From a bacterium (lineage in GTDB: Bacteria > Babelota > Babeliae > Babelales > RVW-14): a DNA stretch of 20,254 bases. Under the pieces are notes generated by a model. That model saw nothing but the letters and a program-made list of their open reading frames with translations, was not told the origin of the DNA and made no database searches. The stretch's first letter is position 1. Each line of letters begins with the position of its first letter. This document shows, one piece after another, positions 15,236-20,254 of the stretch. Where the stretch lies: positions 1 through 20,254 of the forward strand of contig JBDRBF010000001.1 in the NCBI GenBank assembly GCA_043822925.1. The letters run 5' to 3'. Position numbers and translations under genes: made by a program.

Positions 15236-16067
15236 AAATCGTTGGCATCTTGATATTCAAGATAACTCAAAGCCGTTATTTTTTATTTTAGGCCCCTGTG
15301 TCATGGAATCGGAACAACATTCATTAAAAATGGCCGAAGAAATTAAAAAAATAGCCGACAAACTAAAAATTAACGTTGTCTTTAAAAGCTCTTTTGATAA
15401 AGCAAACAGAACAGCGCTTGAAAATGCCAGAGGTGTCGGGATGACCCAAGGCCTAAAAGTCTTTGAAAAAGTAAAAAAAGAATTCGACCTTCCCGTCATA
15501 ACTGACATACACGAGACACATCAAGCTAACGAAGTCGCCGACGTTGTTGATATCGTGCAAATTCCGGCTCTTTTGTGTCGCCAAACCGACCTGCTTATTG
15601 CAGCCGGCAAAACACGAAAAGTTGTTCACGTCAAAAAAGGCCAATTCATGGCACCAGATAAAATGGAACACGTTATCAAAAAAATAGCTTCTACCGGAAA
15701 CAAAAACATTTGGATCTGCGAACGTGGCTTCACCTTTGGGTATGATAACTTAATCGTAGACCCCCGAAATTTCCCAATTATGAAACGAAACGGCAACCCA
15801 GTGGTCTTTGATGCTACCCATTCTGTTCAACGCCCTAGCGGGCTTGGCAGTCGCTCTGGCGGCGATCGGGAATTTATCCCAACGCTGGCTGCCGCTGCGG
15901 TTGTTCAGGGAATAGCTGGAATATTCATGGAAGTCCATGACAACCCAGAAAAAGCCCTTTCAGACGGCACAACAGTCGTCAAATTATCCCAACTAGAAAG
16001 CATCTTAAGATACTTAGTTGATTTAGATGCCTGGACCAAACAAAATAAACAACCAGAAATTTCATAA
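15228..16067 (+). CDS. kdsA: KDO 8-phosphate synthase, metal-dependent type (start reassigned to ATG at 15228, overlapping the nusB stop)
   Basis: GPCVMES (metal-binding Cys), KSSFDKANRT, KKGQF, CERG, DATHSVQ, FMEVH and SDG motifs; AAGGGG ribosome-binding site upstream. Confidence 0.96.
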   Translation: MNKNRWHLDIQDNSKPLFFILGPCVMESEQHSLKMAEEIKKIADKLKINVVFKSSFDKANRTALENARGVGMTQGLKVFEKVKKEFDLPVITDIHETHQANEVADVVDIVQIPALLCRQTDLLIAAGKTRKVVHVKKGQFMAPDKMEHVIKKIASTGNKNIWICERGFTFGYDNLIVDPRNFPIMKRNGNPVVFDATHSVQRPSGLGSRSGGDREFIPTLAAAAVVQGIAGIFMEVHDNPEKALSDGTTVVKLSQLESILRYLVDLDAWTKQNKQPEIS

Positions 16068-16082
16068 AAAATTTTGTTCAAT

Positions 16083-16126
16083 AAAAAAAGCTCTAAAGGG
16101 ATAATTAATAGTTTCCCTTTAGAGCT
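16083..16126 (-). terminator. Rho-independent terminator between convergent genes
   Basis: 13-bp stem AGCTCTAAAGGGA (16089-16101) / TCCCTTTAGAGCT (16114-16126); the A-run at 16083-16089 gives a U-tract on the minus strand. Confidence 0.8.
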
Positions 16127-16161
16127 CCTGTGAAACTTTACAAATTTCGAATCAATCTAAA

Positions 16162-16770
16162 TTATTTTTTTCCTTTAAATAAGTTATACCATGACTTCTT
16201 AGCACTTTTTTTATTTAAAAAAACCATTTCCACATCCCAATAAGGCAACTTAAATTTAGGACGAACTTTAAGTGTAGCACCAGATTCATACACTCTTTGA
16301 TAAGGGATATTGGTCCCCCGAATTTTTTCACCACTATATGAGAACCTACTTGAACTACCCTTATTTTTCGCTGACCATTCTGACTCAAAAAGATGCCAAC
16401 CATAACCCTCAATCTCAAGCAATATGGATGTTCTTATAAGCTCAGCTTTACCAAAACGTAACGTGTCTACTAATTGACCAGAAGTATGTAAACATTGATC
16501 TCGACCAAGAGGCACTATTTTTTTAGTTTTGCCTGGTTCTATGATAATTTGAGATTCTCCTACAAAATCTTCTTTAGTTCTGTCTCCTCGACCATCTTTA
16601 TTGGATCTTTTAACAAACTCAATCTGTTTAGGCTGCTTGACCACAATTTTTTCTTCAGTTTTATTAACAATGTAAATATTAGTGGTACCAACAACATCGC
16701 CTGCCAATTCAGAAACTATAAAACCCAGAAAAAATACCCCAAATAAAAAGATTAGGCTCACCTTCCTCAC
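16162..16770 (-). CDS. Secreted hypothetical protein (likely GTG start at 16770)
   Basis: AGGAG 7 nt upstream of the GTG; signal peptide MRKVSLIFLFGVFFLGFIVSELAG; no family recognised. Confidence 0.75.
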   Translation of the reverse strand: MRKVSLIFLFGVFFLGFIVSELAGDVVGTTNIYIVNKTEEKIVVKQPKQIEFVKRSNKDGRGDRTKEDFVGESQIIIEPGKTKKIVPLGRDQCLHTSGQLVDTLRFGKAELIRTSILLEIEGYGWHLFESEWSAKNKGSSSRFSYSGEKIRGTNIPYQRVYESGATLKVRPKFKLPYWDVEMVFLNKKSAKKSWYNLFKGKK

Positions 16771-16916
16771 GACAAAGCTCCTTTTTAATAACGGGAACAA
16801 GCTATTAACCATCGGAGACACCCCCCAATTACTACATTGAGCATGGCAGATTTAATCTGTAACAATCAATGGTTTTATGGCTATGCAAGCGCTCATTAGA
16901 ATTCGTCGTTTCTTTT

Positions 16917-17843
16917 TTAAGCCCGTTTATACACGGGGACTTTACCGGCTTCAAAATAAATATGCCCATCAAAATTCTCAAAAAGACCCACCGGCCTCTT
17001 AGGGCTTTTGCCTCCAGTACAAGCACGCACCAATTCAGGAACATGCAAAATCCAATACCCAATTACAGGACCATGTATAGTACTATGCGTTGGATAATCA
17101 GACCCAAAGTGTCCCGAATTTTTGAGCATAATAGAAAAGTTAAAAATCCCATCTTGATCATGCTTATACGCTTGATCGTATGAACCACCAATAGTTTGAA
17201 CCAAGTCACCAGTGGAATAAAAATTATACAAACATCCAATAACATTCATGTTCGGCTTAAACCGGACGGTATCAACAGGCGTAGCCAGGAGATAAACCTC
17301 ATCAAAAAGATACTTTTTACTCGTCACATCTCTGGTTGTTGGAGTAACACTCAACCCGGGGTGACCAGGAACCGTTATATCATTAGTTTTTTTATTATTT
17401 TGAGGCCGTTTTTGATCGTAATATTGAACAGGATCCTCTAAACTTTGAACTATTTCTTTAAGTTTATCTTCATTAAACGGGGATAAATCAACACGTCCAA
17501 TAAACCTACTGGCCAAATTTATAATATTACCCCCATGGCTATGCCCTATAAGAATTTTTTCTTCTTGCTCTGGATAACTCTCAATTAATCTTATTAACCT
17601 CATGGCTGCAGCAAACAGTTCTTGAACCGTCGGAGTGCCGGACCAAGAAAACGGCACAAGTTTTAAACCAAAGCCCATAGATTGAGTTTCTAACTCTTGA
17701 TAAAAATCACCATATGGACGAGCCCAAGGCTCTTGGACGGCAAACGACCCGTGAATCAAAATAACCACCGGTTCGCTTGTTGTAAAAACACAGCTCGCAA
17801 GAAGCAAAAGAAAAAAAGCATATTTTAGTTTTTTTAAGAACAT
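16917..17843 (-). CDS. Exported alpha/beta-hydrolase (lipase/esterase-like), possible lipoprotein
   Basis: VILIHG oxyanion strand, GHSHGG nucleophile elbow, candidate Asp (GDLVQ) and His (PTHSTIH); lipobox-like LASC at Cys18. Confidence 0.85.
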   Translation of the reverse strand: MFLKKLKYAFFLLLLASCVFTTSEPVVILIHGSFAVQEPWARPYGDFYQELETQSMGFGLKLVPFSWSGTPTVQELFAAAMRLIRLIESYPEQEEKILIGHSHGGNIINLASRFIGRVDLSPFNEDKLKEIVQSLEDPVQYYDQKRPQNNKKTNDITVPGHPGLSVTPTTRDVTSKKYLFDEVYLLATPVDTVRFKPNMNVIGCLYNFYSTGDLVQTIGGSYDQAYKHDQDGIFNFSIMLKNSGHFGSDYPTHSTIHGPVIGYWILHVPELVRACTGGKSPKRPVGLFENFDGHIYFEAGKVPVYKRA

Positions 17844-17990
17844 ACAAAATCCCCACTAATAACCCAGAAAAGTACCCCCAATACATATAACCATTTATCT
17901 AACATAATAAAATAGTATACAACGAAGTTTTGCAAAGACAAACCAATATTACACGTTTAAAACCAGCTTTATTTACATTTAGAAACAAAT

Positions 17991-18020
17991 AAAAGAGGGC
18001 CGAAAGATTCCGGCCCTCTT
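17991..18020 (-). terminator. Rho-independent terminator of the repressor-like gene
   Basis: AAGAGGGCCG-AAAGATTC-CGGCCCTCTT, followed on the minus strand by a T-rich tail. Confidence 0.8.
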
Positions 18021-18047
18021 AGTCTAAATAAATCTATAATAACCCCA

Positions 18048-18073
18048 GGATCCCAGATCAAGTCTGGAATAAC
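18048..18073. repeat. Short REP-like half element GGATCCCAGATCAAGTCTGGAATAAC
   Basis: ATCCCAGA-TCAAG-TCTGGAAT imperfect hairpin; resembles GATCCCGGATCAAGTCCGGGATGAC-type extragenic palindromes (recognised from memory). Confidence 0.5.
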
Positions 18074-18076
18074 GAA

Positions 18077-18751
18077 TTAGCCCAATTTTTGATATCTATG
18101 AATAACTTTGCCAATAACTCTAAAATTATCTTTACCGCGGATAAGAGCAACCGGGGGGGTTTTGTGATTTACTGATTCAAGAACAATAAAGTCTTCCATA
18201 TACGTAACCTGCATAATAACACGCACAGGCGTATCATTGCCATACTCAACAGCAGCAACATCACCAGAACGAGTCCACGTTTCAGGGGATACGATTAAAT
18301 AATCACCTTTAACAAAATTTGGCGCCATAGCATTACTTTCAACACACAGCGCAAACATTGAATCGTCTGAACTATTAAATACTGGTGTAAATACATCTTT
18401 GTATCCAGTAGTAACTTGCTCTAACTGATTATTATACGGAGATGGGTTTGCCAAAATACTACCAACAACTGGAACAATCTTTAATTGCAGGTCGACGGCC
18501 GTTGTTTCAGGCATTTTTATACTGGTATCAACATTATCTGTTCTATTTCTGCGCTGAGCAAATAAATCAACAGGATGAACCGCAAATGCATTTGATAATT
18601 TTTTAAGAGCATCTTCATTCCAACGACGTGTTCCATTTTTTATGTGCGTCAAATAACTTTCAGACATTCCAGTCTTTTCAGCAAGAACTTTTGTTGTCCA
18701 ACCACGTTCTCTTAGTAACTCTTTTACTCTCAATTCTGTAGATGATGACAT
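18077..18751 (-). CDS. XRE-type HTH plus peptidase S24-like (LexA/CI-like) transcriptional regulator, apparently non-cleavable
   Basis: N-terminal HTH (LLRERGWTTKVLAEKTGMSESYLTHIKNG); C-terminal VPVVGSILAN, FALCVESNAM.P...GDYLIV, LESVN and FRVIGKV. Confidence 0.9.
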   Translation of the reverse strand: MSSSTELRVKELLRERGWTTKVLAEKTGMSESYLTHIKNGTRRWNEDALKKLSNAFAVHPVDLFAQRRNRTDNVDTSIKMPETTAVDLQLKIVPVVGSILANPSPYNNQLEQVTTGYKDVFTPVFNSSDDSMFALCVESNAMAPNFVKGDYLIVSPETWTRSGDVAAVEYGNDTPVRVIMQVTYMEDFIVLESVNHKTPPVALIRGKDNFRVIGKVIHRYQKLG

Positions 18752-18909
18752 CAGCGTTTCTCCTTTATAGAAAAATTATTTTTTTATTTTCAAAAAACTT
18801 TTGCCAAGTTACTATGAATTCTACTCACTTGTAAATACCTGTACAATACTATAGACCATGTCAAATAGAAATGCTACTAAATTTTCAACAGAAAATATAA
18901 TTATAAAAA

Positions 18910-19608
18910 ATGAACAAAAAGAATACACCTGAGCATAATTTTAAGCATAACTTTTTTGAAAAAAAAGCATGGGAATCATCGCTCTATATTTGCGGCATTG
19001 ATGAAGCTGGACGCGGCGCGCTTGCCGGCCCAGTCGTCGCGGCAGCCGTTATCTTACCACTCAATACAAAACAAAAATTCTTACGTGATTCAAAACTCAT
19101 GTCAAAACAAGAACGTGACTTAGCCTATAACTGGATCATAAAAAATTGTTTCTATTCTGCAGCTTTTGTGTGTCACAAAAGCATCGACCAAGTTAACATC
19201 TATCAAGCAACACGCATTGCTATGCGCAAAGCGCTCACACAAACAATACTTTCCAGTAACTTAAATCTCACAAAGCTAAAATATATCATAATAGATGCCG
19301 TTCCCATACAAATCCCACAGGCTTTCCAACACGAAAACTTAAGCTTACACGCGTTTAATTTTGGCGAATCAATTTCAAGTTCTATAGCCGCAGCATCAAT
19401 TGTCGCCAAAGTCACCAGGGACCGGACACTTGATAACATGTCCAAAGTATTTCCCGCATTTAACTTTGAAAAACATAAAGGCTACGGAACCAAAGACCAT
19501 ACGCAAGCTATCCAACTCAATATCCGCTCGATTATCCACCGAAAAACGTTTTTAACAAAGCTCACGCAAAAAGCAGACGAAAAGAAACTCCAACAATCAT
19601 TATTTTAA
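18910..19608 (+). CDS. rnhB: Ribonuclease HII
   Basis: Motifs GIDEAGRGALAGPV, LRDSK, IIDA, IAAASIVAKVTRD, KHKGYGT and IHRKTF. Confidence 0.97.
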   Translation: MNKKNTPEHNFKHNFFEKKAWESSLYICGIDEAGRGALAGPVVAAAVILPLNTKQKFLRDSKLMSKQERDLAYNWIIKNCFYSAAFVCHKSIDQVNIYQATRIAMRKALTQTILSSNLNLTKLKYIIIDAVPIQIPQAFQHENLSLHAFNFGESISSSIAAASIVAKVTRDRTLDNMSKVFPAFNFEKHKGYGTKDHTQAIQLNIRSIIHRKTFLTKLTQKADEKKLQQSLF

Positions 19609-19637
19609 TAACAATTTCTTAGCCCCTCTTAGTTTTC

Positions 19638-19666
19638 GTGACGCTCAAACACAAAAACGCTATGCT
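19638..19666 (+). promoter_or_regulatory. Possible promoter for the HAS-barrel gene
   Basis: GTGACG (19638-19643), 17-bp spacer, TATGCT (19661-19666). Confidence 0.3.
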
Positions 19667-19703
19667 AACCAAACAAAAATTATTAATTTAAACGAGATAA
19701 AAC

Positions 19704-20254
19704 ATGATCACAAAGAATCAAAAAACCACAGACAACATGCATACAACCTACTTTGCAGAAGTAATAGAAAGTTCTTTAGAACAATTCAGTGCACAATCCT
19801 GGCAATGGGACAAATTCCCCAACTTTGGATCACTCGTGCAAGTAACCGGCCAAGAATACACCGTTTTTGGATGCGTCATCAGCATACAAACCGGATCATC
19901 TGACCCAATGCGCTATCCATTCCCTTATCAAAAGACAGAAATAGAATTAAAACAGGAACAACCACAAATATTTGAATTTTTGAGAACGATTTTTAAAGTA
20001 CAAATTTTGGGATATCAAAATCTAGCCCAAAACAGCTTAACAAATCAAATCGACCTGACCAACCAGCACAGCCAACTTACCCAGAGCAAACTCCCAAACC
20101 AGTTTTTATATTTACTCCCCCCAAAACCATGCAAAATACATGCTTTTGTGCAAGAATGCCCAACCCAAACATGCCTAAACTTCTTCGAAAACCCAGAATT
20201 CCTGCACCTGCTGTTTGCATTCCAAAATCAAACAGGAAACCTGGACGAACTTTT
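19704..20254 (+). CDS. Stand-alone HAS-barrel domain protein (partial; runs off the window and is absent from the ORF track)
   Basis: Manual translation is open to the end: MITKNQKTTDNMHTTYFAEVIESSLEQFSAQSWQWDKFPNFGSLVQV..TGSSDPMRYP..EQPQIFEFLRT..ILGY..LPPKPCKIHAFV. This resembles the HAS-barrel proteins associated with bacterial HerA/NurA (recognised from memory). Confidence 0.75.
   Translation, partial: MITKNQKTTDNMHTTYFAEVIESSLEQFSAQSWQWDKFPNFGSLVQVTGQEYTVFGCVISIQTGSSDPMRYPFPYQKTEIELKQEQPQIFEFLRTIFKVQILGYQNLAQNSLTNQIDLTNQHSQLTQSKLPNQFLYLLPPKPCKIHAFVQECPTQTCLNFFENPEFLHLLFAFQNQTGNLDEL

Noticed and set aside
18077-18751. Prophage CI repressor or canonical lexA
   Set aside because: There are no phage genes nearby, the HTH is XRE-type rather than LexA winged-helix, and the catalytic residues are missing.
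18859-18864. Minus-strand TTGACA as the -35 of the repressor promoter
   Set aside because: No acceptable -10 hexamer lies 16-18 bp downstream.

Overview
An AT-rich bacterial chromosomal segment. The many MNKK/MKK-type signal-peptide proteins with eukaryote-like WD40 and PP2C domains suggest an intracellular bacterium of protists, such as Candidatus Dependentiae/TM6 (inference, not searched). The left half (1-10.5 kb) is accessory. It holds a left-truncated ~211-bp tandem array made of two inverted, structurally covarying REP-like hairpin modules, secreted WD40 proteins (two apparently truncated), a Fic-family gene with helically phased operator-like repeats, a HerA-type ATPase, and three PP2C-like proteins ranging from intact to degenerate. 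The right half is mostly housekeeping: skp/ompH, lpxD, prs, pth, efp, nusB, kdsA, two exported proteins, a LexA/CI-like repressor lacking its autocleavage residues, rnhB and a partial HAS-barrel gene. No rRNA, tRNA, CRISPR array or transposase was recognised.
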